Both the position numbers and the translations under genes were made by a program. From the NCBI GenBank assembly GCA_964558645.1, contig CAZLEV010000004.1, positions 181,569-245,568 of the forward strand: a stretch of DNA of 64,000 nt, in the 5' to 3' direction. The notes below the pieces were generated by a model. That model was given only the letters and a program-made list of their open reading frames with translations, made no database searches and was not told the origin of the DNA. Source of the DNA: an uncultured archaeon (GTDB lineage: Archaea; Asgardarchaeota; Thorarchaeia; Thorarchaeales; Thorarchaeaceae). Each line of letters begins with the position of its first letter. The stretch's first letter is position 1. Below, one piece after another: positions 1-10,321 of the stretch.

Positions 1-275
1 TAGATTCTCTCTTGTGATTCCTTCCTGCTGGTGATTATCCCCAAGGTCTCTAGATGTTTTGTGTTGTAGTAGAGTTTCGGATCGGTAACGACAACCTCCT
101 CAGGATCAATCTCCTTTCCTTTCTCTTCTGCTGCAGCAATCATAGCATCCCTGATCTTGTCGCGCAGGTGATTTCCATTCTTAGAACCGGTCTCGAGCTC
201 TTCCAGAATCACTCTCCTGGCCCGGACATTCTGAATCTCTCGACGAATAACGTCATCTGCTGATTCCCAGTACAT
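1..275 (-). CDS. Winged-helix (ArsR-like) DNA-binding protein, partial (runs off the window edge), divergent from actin
   Basis: Not in the ORF track; manual translation from ATG at 275: MYWESADDVIRREIQNVRARRVILEELETGSKNG...TDPKLYYNTKHLETLGIITSRKESQERI; the helix + 'LYYxxxxLExLGII' + wing pattern fits a wHTH. Confidence 0.65.
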   Translation of the reverse strand, partial: MYWESADDVIRREIQNVRARRVILEELETGSKNGNHLRDKIRDAMIAAAEEKGKEIDPEEVVVTDPKLYYNTKHLETLGIITSRKESQERI

Positions 276-627
276 CTTCGGACAACTCCAACAATATAGA
301 AAACCTACATATTTCATATAGATATTATCCCTATCGACTGTTCTGGGTGTTACATGACTATTGTCCAGATATTACCCTCATAGTTCATGTTCGTAAGTCG
401 GCCCCTAGAGGCTGTCTGAAGGCATTTTAGCTGTTGTATTTCAGTACAAAGGCTATGATATATATATATGTAAGATAGTTTTTGCATAGAAACGTCGAAA
501 AATCGAGGGAAATCCCGACAATCCTTAAATACGTCAGACCGTAACTTCCTGCCAGCACAGAGTTCTGAATCTTCGGGTGAAGAATCGAAATACTATCTTT
601 GCACAAACAAGTGAGGACCGAAATAAA

Positions 628-1767
628 ATGGCTGAAGACGAGTTCCTAGGAGCTAAGCCCGTAGTCATTGATAATGGCACGGGATTGAGCAAGAACGGGT
701 ACGCCGGGGAAGATCAGCCGAGGAGCGTCTGGCCGACGCTTATTGGTTATCCCCGGTACGAGAGTATCATGACGGACGTAGACCACTACACCAGAGACTA
801 CTACATTGGTGAGGAGGCAATCAACCTCCGAGGTGTCTTACGCCTGGTCTATCCCATCACTCATGGGGTGATTGACGACTGGGATGCAATCGAGAAGATA
901 TGGTCGTACACATTCTACAACGACCTCAAGGTTGACCCCAGTGAGAATCCAGTGCTTCTGACCGAGGCACCATTCAACCCACGAGAGAACAGGGAGCGCA
1001 TGGCAAGCGTCATGTTTGACAACTTTGGAGCGCCAGCAGTATATGTGGCCACTCAGGCAGTGCTGTCACTGTACGCATCTGGTAGAACCACAGGTCTGGT
1101 CATCGACTCTGGCGACGGTGTGACACACATAGTCCCAATCTATGAGGGCTTTGCAATCACTCACGCCATCAGAAGAATCGACCTAGCTGGAAGAGACATT
1201 ACAGAGTACTTGCGCAGGTTGCTCAGGCAGAGGGGTTACTCCTTTGTGAGCGGCGCAGAGAAAGAGATTGTGAGAGACGTAAAGGAGAAACTCTGTTACG
1301 TTGCCCTTGATCCTGAGAAGGAGAGGACCGTGGCAGACAAGGCAGGAGTCGACAAGCCCTACATGCTACCTGATGGCGAAGTCATCACTGTGGGGGCAGA
1401 GAGATTCCAGGGTCCAGAGCTGTTCTTCAATCCAAGCGCCATTGGTCTCGACACCATGCCTCTCGACGAACACATCGTCGAATCAATCAAGGCGTGTGAC
1501 GTTGACTTGCGACGTGACCTGTACGCAAACATTGTACTCTCGGGTGGTTCAACCATGTTCCCAGGCCTGAAGGAGAGGCTCCACAAGGAGATCACCGAAC
1601 TCGTACCTGAGAACATCGAAGTACGAATCATCGCTCCACCTGAGCGCCAATACTCAGTCTGGATTGGAGGCAGCATTCTAGCCAGCCTCAAGACCTTCCA
1701 GAAGATGTGGGTGACTCGCAAGGAGTTTGAGGAAGCGGGACCAGAAGTCATCCATCGCTGTATCTAG
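628..1767 (+). CDS. Asgard (eukaryote-like) actin
   Basis: [78 protein letters not shown]; His73 equivalent in YPITHG; ATG at 628 preceded by GTGAGG SD (track starts at 577). Confidence 0.97.
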   Translation: MAEDEFLGAKPVVIDNGTGLSKNGYAGEDQPRSVWPTLIGYPRYESIMTDVDHYTRDYYIGEEAINLRGVLRLVYPITHGVIDDWDAIEKIWSYTFYNDLKVDPSENPVLLTEAPFNPRENRERMASVMFDNFGAPAVYVATQAVLSLYASGRTTGLVIDSGDGVTHIVPIYEGFAITHAIRRIDLAGRDITEYLRRLLRQRGYSFVSGAEKEIVRDVKEKLCYVALDPEKERTVADKAGVDKPYMLPDGEVITVGAERFQGPELFFNPSAIGLDTMPLDEHIVESIKACDVDLRRDLYANIVLSGGSTMFPGLKERLHKEITELVPENIEVRIIAPPERQYSVWIGGSILASLKTFQKMWVTRKEFEEAGPEVIHRCI

Positions 1768-1784
1768 TTCAAACAACAAACTAA

Positions 1785-1825
1785 GAAGGTAGGGCCGCGA
1801 GCCCTCCTTCCTTCTCGTTTTTCTT
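1785..1825 (+). terminator. Hairpin + pyrimidine/T tract after actin
   Basis: GAAGG(T)AGGGC-cgcga-GCCCTCCTTC followed by CTTCTCGTTTTTCTT. Confidence 0.6.
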
Positions 1826-1859
1826 GGAAATGTCTTGGTATATCACATTCAACCGCATT

Positions 1860-3128
1860 CTACCCAGGACAATAGATGCTTCTTGGCGAGGGCTCTTCAC
1901 AAATGTTTCCTCCATTAGGAACGGGCATGAATGCAATTAGCAGTGCAATGACAATGGAGAAAAGGCCGGTACCCAAGAGGAGTAGAGGATAACCTGTCAT
2001 CTGAGCAATGGCTGTGAAGATAAGGGGCCCTGTTGTTCTGCCCAAGAAAGTGGCACTGTTTCTGATGCTGAGGGCCTCACCGCGATTTTCCTTGGCCACA
2101 CAGTTGGTTATTCTTGAATCAATAGCAGGGACCGAGAAGCCCACACCCGTCCCGAAAATGACTGCACCCACAACTGTTAGAAACAGGGAGGGAGCAAACC
2201 ATGCTATCATAAGTCCAATTCCATGAAGGAGAAAACCGAGAGCAATCAGGCGGCTATTGGAGAGGTAGCGTGCAAAGTATCCATTACGAACTGAGAACGG
2301 GATTGAAGAAATGCTCGTCAGGGAGACCACTAGCCCGATTGTTACAGGATCGAGGCTATATGCCTTGGTCAAGAAGAAGGGAAGTGATGTCAGTATTGCT
2401 CCAAAGAAGAGCACCTCAAGGAGGACGGAGGTAGAATAGGGGACAATCATTGCACGCTGATAGAGAGCCGCAATTGTCTCTCGAATGCTAGTCGTACTGC
2501 CGTGGTAAGCACCATCTGGTTCTTGAATGAACTTCAAGGCAATGAGACCGAGAGGGACTGCCGCGAGATACGCTAGGAATGGAGTGTTCCATGAGAATGC
2601 AACGAGGGCACCACCTAAAATCGGGAAGCCGGCTGCTCCAAGGGCTAAGACTGCATTGTTCATTCCCAGTACATTGTTCCGTTGAACGCCTTCGAAATTG
2701 TCACTGATCAACGTGACTGTCGTGATGAAGAGACCCGCTGCTGCCGTACCCTGTATGACTCTGATGCCAAGAATGACCCAGAAGCTCGGAGCGAAGAAGA
2801 GCATTGCACCTGATAGCCCGAAGATGAGGAGAGAAACGCCGAGAGTTGGTCGTCTTCCAAATCTGTCAACCACCATTCCGATGAATGGAGAGAAAGCAAT
2901 GCCGATGACAAAGTAGGCGCTGATGAGTAGACTAGTTTCAGCCTCGCTCACCAAGAACACGTCTCGGAGCACAGGAAGTGCGGGACTGAGAAACGGCACA
3001 CCCAGAGGGGCCAGCAAAGTGCTCAGCAAGACAATCTGAACCAGTGAAGACCGCAGAGGAGTCCCATCGTCATTAACATCCAAGTCCTCAAAAGTCCTAG
3101 AACCACTTCTTTCTTGAGTCTGCTCCAT
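1860..3128 (-). CDS. MFS transporter (DHA1-like)
   Basis: About 12 hydrophobic segments; motif A GMVVDRFGRRP; RVIQG. Confidence 0.92.
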   Translation of the reverse strand: MEQTQERSGSRTFEDLDVNDDGTPLRSSLVQIVLLSTLLAPLGVPFLSPALPVLRDVFLVSEAETSLLISAYFVIGIAFSPFIGMVVDRFGRRPTLGVSLLIFGLSGAMLFFAPSFWVILGIRVIQGTAAAGLFITTVTLISDNFEGVQRNNVLGMNNAVLALGAAGFPILGGALVAFSWNTPFLAYLAAVPLGLIALKFIQEPDGAYHGSTTSIRETIAALYQRAMIVPYSTSVLLEVLFFGAILTSLPFFLTKAYSLDPVTIGLVVSLTSISSIPFSVRNGYFARYLSNSRLIALGFLLHGIGLMIAWFAPSLFLTVVGAVIFGTGVGFSVPAIDSRITNCVAKENRGEALSIRNSATFLGRTTGPLIFTAIAQMTGYPLLLLGTGLFSIVIALLIAFMPVPNGGNICEEPSPRSIYCPG

Positions 3129-3223
3129 CGGGTAGCCTCGAGCTAATTTACTATGGTTAAATTATAAGGCCTCGGGTTCTGCCAAATCGGGCCTTGGATG
3201 ATTCGATCCACAATGAACCTTCT

Positions 3224-3820
3224 CTATTCAAGCGCGGAGAGAAACTCTTCCGTTTCTTGTCCCTCTTCAATCAACTCAATGTCTTGAACACCAACGCGTT
3301 CAGCATCGTAGCTCCGAGCGATGATTGTTGCATCAAACCTCTCTCTTGCTGTGGCCTCTCTTCCTCTCCAGATATAGATGTCATCCCATGTATCGAGGAT
3401 GAAGACATCATCACTCTTCAGGGACTCTCGAGAGAGTGGAACCTCTGCATAATAGGTCTCATCATTCCTTCGGTGTACTCTCCAAAGCCTGTAGTCGTGC
3501 TTCTCAACGTGAACTTTCCTGAGGATTCCCTCAGTGTCTTGTTCAGTAATCTCAAAACTTGGGAACAACGACTTGAACTCCTCAGGTTCATCGCCACCGT
3601 CGATATGGTCGATGTCAGCATGTCCCCTTCTTGCTGTATCTCTCATAACGGCCTCAGCAGCAGCAAGAAATTTCTCGTCCACGGATGAATCAGGCCCTAT
3701 CCAGAGATATATCTTGGGACCTGTGTCAACAAGATAGCAGTCCCCACGACCGAATGACCCAGGTTGGGGAACGATGACCAAATTCCCTTTTTGAATGTGA
3801 TAGACTGTAAGTTCGGGCAT
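3224..3820 (-). CDS. Two-domain gelsolin (Asgard 2DGel type)
   Basis: Two gelsolin repeats (GDCYLVDTGPKIYLWIG...E.F..LF; DDVFILDTWDDIYIWRG...ETEEF) joined by a WH2-like linker DTEGILRKV; likely start MPEL at 3820 (track 3841). Confidence 0.92.
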   Translation of the reverse strand: MPELTVYHIQKGNLVIVPQPGSFGRGDCYLVDTGPKIYLWIGPDSSVDEKFLAAAEAVMRDTARRGHADIDHIDGGDEPEEFKSLFPSFEITEQDTEGILRKVHVEKHDYRLWRVHRRNDETYYAEVPLSRESLKSDDVFILDTWDDIYIWRGREATARERFDATIIARSYDAERVGVQDIELIEEGQETEEFLSALE

Positions 3821-3929
3821 AAAGGACTTAGAGATGGACATAGTCTTAAGTCATGTTAGTATGGCGTTTCGACGAAATCATCTGAGACCGTCTGAGAACT
3901 CCCGCTCGATTCCTTGGGAGGTATAAGGG

Positions 3930-4667
3930 CTAATCGTCGGGAAACAAGAGGCTGCGTGTGCGGTCCAAGATCTCGGTGTATTCTGGCTGGCCAGTTGCGT
4001 ATACCCAAAGGAGCCAGTCGAAAATCTCTATTTCCTTCGGATCAGTGATGTCGGCCCGCACGAGCTTCTCGATCTTCCCCGCCCATCTGAGGCGCATGAC
4101 CTCAGTGTCCAAGAGCATATCTATGAGCTGCTTCATCTCATCCTCCGAGAGGGGCAGATCAAATACTGGAAGAGCATTTCGGACTTCCTCTCGTACCGCA
4201 CTCTTGAACTCCGCAGGATCGTAGTGTAAGCCAAAAGTCACAAAGTTCTCTGCTGTCCTGCGATAGTAGTCAGTTGTGCGCTTCCCTGTTCGCACTATGC
4301 CATATTTGACAACAAACCCCCCATCTATCAATCTTGGCAGATGATGATAGACTTGGTTCTTTGTGAGAGGGGTATACTCCTCCTTTTCTTTGGCGAGCCG
4401 AAGAATCTCATATACGGATAGCTCATTTCTGTGGACAATTCGTTCGCGTATTATCCGTTCACCTGAATCCTCATCATGAAACTCTTTGACCATCTTGTCT
4501 TCGATTCCGTCGCGTAGCATCTGCAGTATCTGCAATCTGACAGGGTCACGAAGAACTGCTGCCCTACCCTCATCACTGACAAAATCAACACGACGCATCG
4601 GCTTCTTTCCAGCATCTGTTAGTTCAATACCTTCGATGCCATCAGGAACTGCGACCAATGCATTCAC
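3930..4667 (-). CDS. ArsR-like winged-helix transcription regulator with an insertion and a helical C-terminal domain
   Basis: LRDPVRLQILQML...KNQVYHHLPRLIDGGFV...DYYRRTA. Confidence 0.75.
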   Translation of the reverse strand: MNALVAVPDGIEGIELTDAGKKPMRRVDFVSDEGRAAVLRDPVRLQILQMLRDGIEDKMVKEFHDEDSGERIIRERIVHRNELSVYEILRLAKEKEEYTPLTKNQVYHHLPRLIDGGFVVKYGIVRTGKRTTDYYRRTAENFVTFGLHYDPAEFKSAVREEVRNALPVFDLPLSEDEMKQLIDMLLDTEVMRLRWAGKIEKLVRADITDPKEIEIFDWLLWVYATGQPEYTEILDRTRSLLFPDD

Positions 4668-4850
4668 TCACTGAGCCGTCGGAGGAACGCCAACTTATTA
4701 ACGTTCCTTGGTACAAGCTTTACTCCCCCAACATGGTTTTTTATAGCAATTTACTTTGACTCAATGGTGTCCAAACACAAACCTTTTATCGATTTCGTGA
4801 GGCAGACTGGTACAAGAGGTAAGGGCGCGTTCTGGTAGGAGGAGACTGAA

Positions 4851-5915
4851 GTGTGTCGGATATCAAAGGACATGAGTTGTATGCAGAGAAGAGAGGACCA
4901 CCTTCCACGATTGCTCATAGATACGCTTCCAAACCCGGTGTGCATAGTAGACAGGAAGAATCGTATTCGTTCTGTGAACAGAAGAGCCCTAGAACTGCTA
5001 GGCAGTACATCTGATGATGCCTTTATCGGCCACTCGCTGCTCGAATTTCTGGCACCCGAACATCGAAAACGAGCCGAAAGAGACCTTCAGAGATGCAATG
5101 ACTTCATGCCTGGTAGCCCACACGAATATCATATAGTGAACAGTAGTGGAAGGAGAATCCCAATTGTTGCTACATCTGCGATTGTGCCGTGCGGCAATGA
5201 CACAGAATGTATCGTATGCGTGGGAACACCCGCCGAAACGGAGAATAGTCTTCAGATAGGAAACAATCCTGCATCTTCGAGAGCCATGCTCTATCTCGAT
5301 ATTCTGAGAAACGATGTTAGCAACCAGCTGCAGATCATCCTGTCGTCCGTGGAGCTGTTCATGCAAGACGGTCTGAAAGAGAACAAGAAACGCGAGCTCC
5401 TAGCGAATGCACTGCAAGCAGTCGACTGCTGTCAAGAGAGTATTAGGTATGCAGAGGAGATAGAACGACTGTTGGTTGAACCTCTTCGTCCTCGACGGCT
5501 TGATCTTGCAATAACTAACGCCATACTTGACATCTACAAGAACCGAGAAGACATCGATCTGACGGCAAGTTTCGGGGTAGAAGAGGGGATAGTCATGGCG
5601 GACGACTCTCTCGAGACTTTGATACGAGGATTAATCGACGAAGTATGTCGATGCAATCCAAGAGGAGATAAGTTGGTATCAATCGATGTACAGGAAACAG
5701 AGTCAGAGTATTTGATTGCCATTGCCGACAACGGACTTGGCAGATACAGATTAGAGAACAGTGTCTTCAACGGAAACCGGAAAGGACGTCTTCCAGGGAT
5801 TCACGTATGTAGAACAATAGTCCAGAAGTACGGCGGCAGTCTCACTATTCTGGACAGGGTGATCAACAGTCCACACGAGGGAGTCAGAGTAAGAATCACA
5901 CTTCCTCGTTGCTAG
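4851..5915 (+). CDS. PAS + degenerate HisKA/HATPase protein (probable pseudo-histidine kinase)
   Basis: PAS domain (LIDTLPNPVCIVD...VNRRA); H-box reads LDILRNDVSNQL (Asn at the His position); G1 box ADNGLG; C-terminal IVQKYGG...GVRVRITLP; start uncertain. Confidence 0.8.
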   Translation: MCRISKDMSCMQRREDHLPRLLIDTLPNPVCIVDRKNRIRSVNRRALELLGSTSDDAFIGHSLLEFLAPEHRKRAERDLQRCNDFMPGSPHEYHIVNSSGRRIPIVATSAIVPCGNDTECIVCVGTPAETENSLQIGNNPASSRAMLYLDILRNDVSNQLQIILSSVELFMQDGLKENKKRELLANALQAVDCCQESIRYAEEIERLLVEPLRPRRLDLAITNAILDIYKNREDIDLTASFGVEEGIVMADDSLETLIRGLIDEVCRCNPRGDKLVSIDVQETESEYLIAIADNGLGRYRLENSVFNGNRKGRLPGIHVCRTIVQKYGGSLTILDRVINSPHEGVRVRITLPRC

Positions 5916-6342
5916 TCACTACAGAGGAGATTTCGTTTCTCTGTAGGACTCTCCAACAAGAGGGCCACCCCCAATGTAGAACGGCAATCCCAGTACCGTT
6001 TTGTTCAGAGTGCCTAGGCTCGGCGTGGACCTCATCGTAAGCCTAGACAACCAGAAAAGCGCAACTCCGTCAGAGCCCCATAGTTCATGGCAATCTCAAC
6101 CTCTTCTGGACTTCCTATTAGGACTGCAGACTTTTTCACATTATGAGCTGAATCGGATGATGTCAGCTGTTAATTCCGTCAGTCGCTGTTGAGGCCAGAA
6201 GGCTTGCTGAAGGACTGCCTTACTCTTGTATGGAAAACAGTCCATACCACAAAGAGAACTGCACTAATACTTGAAACGAGAGGGAATTTGTACATCTCAA
6301 AACTACTATAAGATAGGCCAGAGACGGTAGCAGTGGAGAAAG

Positions 6343-7686
6343 TTGCAAGTGTCTGAGATACCAAAAGACGCACAGATTGCCATATTCTGGGACATCGAGA
6401 ATGTCCATGATGATTTCAGAACGCATGAGAATATGATGAAAGAGTTTCGAGAGACGGGACGAGTGGTTCGTTCATACGCGTTCGCCGATTGGGATAGCAG
6501 AAGAAGGATGGGTGAGCAACTAATGAAGATAGGTTTCGATCTCATCCACGTCCCCAGCGATATGCAAAATGCTAGCGATTTCAAGATGGGGGAGTACATT
6601 GTAGAGCATATGACCCGCTATCCCGATACCAACTGCTATGCGCTCATCACAGGAGATGGGGACTTCCTCGTTCTGACAGGTATACTGAAGTTCCGAGGTT
6701 ACCATATCTGGCTAGTCAGCAATCCGCTATACACTTCGGCTGAACTCTCAGCTCTTGCTGACAGATACAGTGATATGAAGTCGTTCCGCGGTCTTGCCTT
6801 TGAAGAACAAAGACATGTCGAGGAACCAGGCAAGCCTCTGGAGAGCCGAGCTGATAGGCGAGCCAGAGCCGCAGCAAGACTTCAGGAAACAATAAGCAAG
6901 ATTCTGGAGGCCGAGAACAAGCCGGGAATCGGATGGGTCAAACATGTGATGGTATCTTTGAACCCTGATTTTGACGAGAGAGAATTGGGATTCGAAACCT
7001 GGAAGGAATTCGTTGACTGGGCCGAGAAAAAGGGCTATGTGATCCAAGAGGGAGAGATGCCGGGCACGATACTGCGATTACCGCCCACGCCCTCTGTTGA
7101 GTCCTCTCGCTATTCTGATGAAACCAGCAGAGCATTCCAGAAACTAGTCGATATCCTGGAGAACTGCCTGAATCATGGCAAAGACACTAATCTTGTTACA
7201 CTGGGCCAGGAGGTCAAGTCCGAAGGTATTGACTATCACTCGCTCGGATACAGCAGACTGACCGATTTTGTGTCATCAGCAGAGAAGCGTGACTTCGTGA
7301 GAGTTATTCCTACCGAGGAAGAAAGCGGGCCCATAGTCCTGCCGAACTATCGAGTAGAGGATCTCAAACCTTGGTTCAAAGAGAATGTCACTAAGTACTT
7401 CGGCAAGAAGGCCAAAGTCCCTAAGGATATCTTCATCGAGAGGATAGGTCAGCTTCTGCTGGACAGCAGGATAACACTGAAACAGCTAGAGAAGTACCTA
7501 GGAAGCAGGAAGCTTACACGAGAGTACGAGGCTATTCTAGAGGCGAGCGGTGTTCCGTTTCTACCTCCTTATCAGAAATCAATGTTGTATGTGTTTCTCG
7601 GAGAAGGTATGGATTGTGAGGAGGCAATAAAGGAGGTCAATGTCGAGTTGAAGCCTGTGAGCATTGCCCTCAGCTGTCCCGACTAG
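6343..7686 (+). CDS. NYN-domain RNase with two OST-HTH/LOTUS domains (paralog 1)
   Basis: IAIFWDIENV, NASDFKM, LITGDGDF; LOTUS-like PDFDERELGFETWKEFV and IDYHSLGYSRLTDFV. Confidence 0.85.
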   Translation: MQVSEIPKDAQIAIFWDIENVHDDFRTHENMMKEFRETGRVVRSYAFADWDSRRRMGEQLMKIGFDLIHVPSDMQNASDFKMGEYIVEHMTRYPDTNCYALITGDGDFLVLTGILKFRGYHIWLVSNPLYTSAELSALADRYSDMKSFRGLAFEEQRHVEEPGKPLESRADRRARAAARLQETISKILEAENKPGIGWVKHVMVSLNPDFDERELGFETWKEFVDWAEKKGYVIQEGEMPGTILRLPPTPSVESSRYSDETSRAFQKLVDILENCLNHGKDTNLVTLGQEVKSEGIDYHSLGYSRLTDFVSSAEKRDFVRVIPTEEESGPIVLPNYRVEDLKPWFKENVTKYFGKKAKVPKDIFIERIGQLLLDSRITLKQLEKYLGSRKLTREYEAILEASGVPFLPPYQKSMLYVFLGEGMDCEEAIKEVNVELKPVSIALSCPD

Positions 7687-7843
7687 TCGCCATACTGGTT
7701 AAGCGATATGCGGCGATATGATGAGTTTAGAGAGGATGACACTGGTTACATCAGAAGACAAGTTGTTCGGGGCTTGACGTCACATAATCTTGTTCTCTTG
7801 TTCGATGCTCTTATTTCGGACCCATGGTTGCTAACTATGCGGT

Positions 7844-8818
7844 ATGCAACTCACGATTGAACGCGCTCACAACATTGACGAATATCTCGAAGCATGGAGG
7901 CATCAGATACGTGACTACGAGTGGGCACGTGAATCGATTCCATTTCATTATGCCGTCGAAGAAGAGAGGCAAGAGATTCAAGAAGACTTTGAGAAGGAGC
8001 ATCACTGGTTTCTCGTCGCCTATGACAAGACAGGTCGCCCGGTGGGAGTTCTGGGCATGAGACTGAACGGAGAAACCTGTGTGTTGCGAAACTGGGAGCC
8101 TGCCACCCAATCTAATCAAGCTGCGTGTATCGCACATCAGCTCTTGGACACAGGGTTCGAAACGACAAGAAAGGAAGGTGCTGTCATTGCGTTCGCACGG
8201 CTCAAGTACACCTTGCCGCTCAGAAGCAAGGCAGCCAACCTAAAGGAGAGATTGCTTGATTTTGGATTCTCCGAGAAGAGACGGGGAATCACATCAATCT
8301 GCGACCTGAACCACACTCGGTCATTGGAAGGCAAGATGCTGTTTCGTGATAGGGATGCATTCACTCTTGACGAGTTGACGGACATGACGGTGAAATCGTT
8401 TGCCTATGAAGAGGAAGACAGGAGCATCCATGGAGAATATCAGTCGGTCTCAGACCGAGAAGCCAACCGGCGCATCATGGAGCTGATTGAGAAGGGGGTC
8501 TTTGGAAACTCACCACCTGAGCTTTGGCAGATTGCATTGGTTGATGACAGGCCGGCAGGTCTGGTGATCGGTTTCATCCCGGAATCTGAGTATCGCCCTC
8601 CGCATGGCGTAGTTGGACAGCTCTGTGTGCTCCCGGGTTTCCGCAGAAGAGGGGTGGCTACAGCATTGCTGAGGAGAATTCATCAGGAGTTCCAGTCTAA
8701 GGGATGCGAGTATGCGTTTGTGGGAACGCCTCGATCAAATCGAAGAGCGCTCAACCTCTATGAGAGAGAGGAATATCGTAGAAGATTCGGTCAGGATGAG
8801 TTCGAGATGCGTCTATAG
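7844..8818 (+). CDS. Tandem GNAT acetyltransferase
   Basis: C-terminal acetyl-CoA motif LCVLPGFRRRGVATALL and N.RALNLY; N-terminal GNAT domain appears degenerate. Confidence 0.85.
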   Translation: MQLTIERAHNIDEYLEAWRHQIRDYEWARESIPFHYAVEEERQEIQEDFEKEHHWFLVAYDKTGRPVGVLGMRLNGETCVLRNWEPATQSNQAACIAHQLLDTGFETTRKEGAVIAFARLKYTLPLRSKAANLKERLLDFGFSEKRRGITSICDLNHTRSLEGKMLFRDRDAFTLDELTDMTVKSFAYEEEDRSIHGEYQSVSDREANRRIMELIEKGVFGNSPPELWQIALVDDRPAGLVIGFIPESEYRPPHGVVGQLCVLPGFRRRGVATALLRRIHQEFQSKGCEYAFVGTPRSNRRALNLYEREEYRRRFGQDEFEMRL

Positions 8819-8912
8819 AAGAGGGCGTCCTCACAATGTATTCAGTTCCATGTACTGCTCCAATCCCACATCCTGAGCATAATCTTATAGTGACAGATGA
8901 CCCAATTGCAGA

Positions 8913-10262
8913 TTGGCGAACAAGATGTCTGACTCAGAGATGCGACCCGGCCTCACTGTCTTCTGGGATGTCGAGAACGTTCATGATATACTCGACACCC
9001 ACGTGAGAATGACAGAAACTATCCGCAAATCAGGCAGGGTCATCAAGGCCTTTGCATTTGCCGATTGGGACACCAGAAGGCGAATGGCAGAGAACCTCCA
9101 TCAACTGGGCTATGACTTGATCCATATCCCAGATTCCAAAGACAATGCAGCAGATTACAAGATGGCATCATATATCATGGACCATGTTGTCCACTATCCC
9201 GAGACCCAGCAATACGTCATGATCACTGGAGATGGGGACTTCAACCTCATCGCCGGAGCCTTAAGAGAGCGAGGTCTCGGGCTATGGGTGATCAGTAATC
9301 CCATCATCACCTCATCTGCGCTATCGGAGCTAGCGACCAAATACGATGACATCTACTCCTTCAGACCGGTTCACATGGATTGCTCAAGACCCGAGGACTG
9401 TGATGTGACCTCCGGAAAACTCTCCGACTATAGACGGAGAGCAGGTATGTATCTACGAGAAGCAATACAGAAGATCACAGATGCTGGACATAAGCCGGGT
9501 CTCGGCCATGTGAAGCATGTTATGAACTCCCTCAACCCGCAGTTCGATGAGAAGGTACTGGGCTTCTCTACATGGACTGAGTTCATTGAATGGGCAGAGT
9601 CAGAAAAATACGTTGAGAGAACAGGGGAGCCCCCCATTACTGTCTTGGCTATTCCTCCAGATGATATTCCTAGGATGTCTCAGTTGTCGCTCGAACTACA
9701 GAGCGCATTCGACTTGCTCGAAGCCGTCGTGGAGGCTAGGCTGGAAAGAGGAGAACCGACGTCTCTGGCAGAAGTCAACAATGACCTCAAGATGCAAGGA
9801 TTTGAGCATGAGAGTGTAGGCTATATGCGCTTCAATGACCTGGTCTTGTCGGCAGAGAAGCGCGGGAAAATCAGAGTGGTCGCATCAGGTGAAGACACAG
9901 ATGGTATCATGCTCTTTCCACAATGCACAATTGATAGAGTCAAGGAGTGGTTTGAAGAGCATGTCACAGATCTCTTTGGAAAATCTGTCAAGATTCCCAG
10001 GGCGGTCTTTCTGGAGAAGATATCCCAGATGCTACTCGAGAACCGTACAACTCTGAGGCATCTCGAGAAGTATCTGAGAGATAACGATCTGAGGAGGACC
10101 TATCAGGACATTCTCGACGCCAGCGGGGTTCCGTTCCTGCCGCCATATCAGATGAGCATGGCATTTGTAATGCTGGGCAGAGGTAAGAGTGTCGAGGAAA
10201 CTGTAGAGAGTGTCAGCGAGGAGCTTGAACCCCTGGGAATAACTCTGAAGATACCGGAGTAG
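8913..10262 (+). CDS. NYN-domain RNase with two OST-HTH/LOTUS domains (paralog 2)
   Basis: VFWDVENV, NAADYKM, MITGDGDF; PQFDEKVLGFSTWTEFI; shares ASGVPFLPPYQ with 6343..7686. Confidence 0.85.
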   Translation: MANKMSDSEMRPGLTVFWDVENVHDILDTHVRMTETIRKSGRVIKAFAFADWDTRRRMAENLHQLGYDLIHIPDSKDNAADYKMASYIMDHVVHYPETQQYVMITGDGDFNLIAGALRERGLGLWVISNPIITSSALSELATKYDDIYSFRPVHMDCSRPEDCDVTSGKLSDYRRRAGMYLREAIQKITDAGHKPGLGHVKHVMNSLNPQFDEKVLGFSTWTEFIEWAESEKYVERTGEPPITVLAIPPDDIPRMSQLSLELQSAFDLLEAVVEARLERGEPTSLAEVNNDLKMQGFEHESVGYMRFNDLVLSAEKRGKIRVVASGEDTDGIMLFPQCTIDRVKEWFEEHVTDLFGKSVKIPRAVFLEKISQMLLENRTTLRHLEKYLRDNDLRRTYQDILDASGVPFLPPYQMSMAFVMLGRGKSVEETVESVSEELEPLGITLKIPE

Positions 10263-10321
10263 GTATCCTGTATAGAATCCATGTCATGGAAGGACATCAG
10301 CATGCTAGAAGGGACCCGTGA

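Noticed and set aside
1750-1767. Actin C-terminal Cys (HRCI) as a CaaX substrate for the ICMT-like protein
   Set aside because: Not a CaaX motif; it matches the ordinary actin HRKCF end, and ICMT-family proteins are common in prokaryotes.
5916-6342. Short ORFs in the 430-bp spacer
   Set aside because: No recognisable motifs; mutually overlapping; no support for coding.
7700-7780. Box C (ATGATGA at 7718) as a C/D guide sRNA
   Set aside because: No CTGA box D at a suitable distance.
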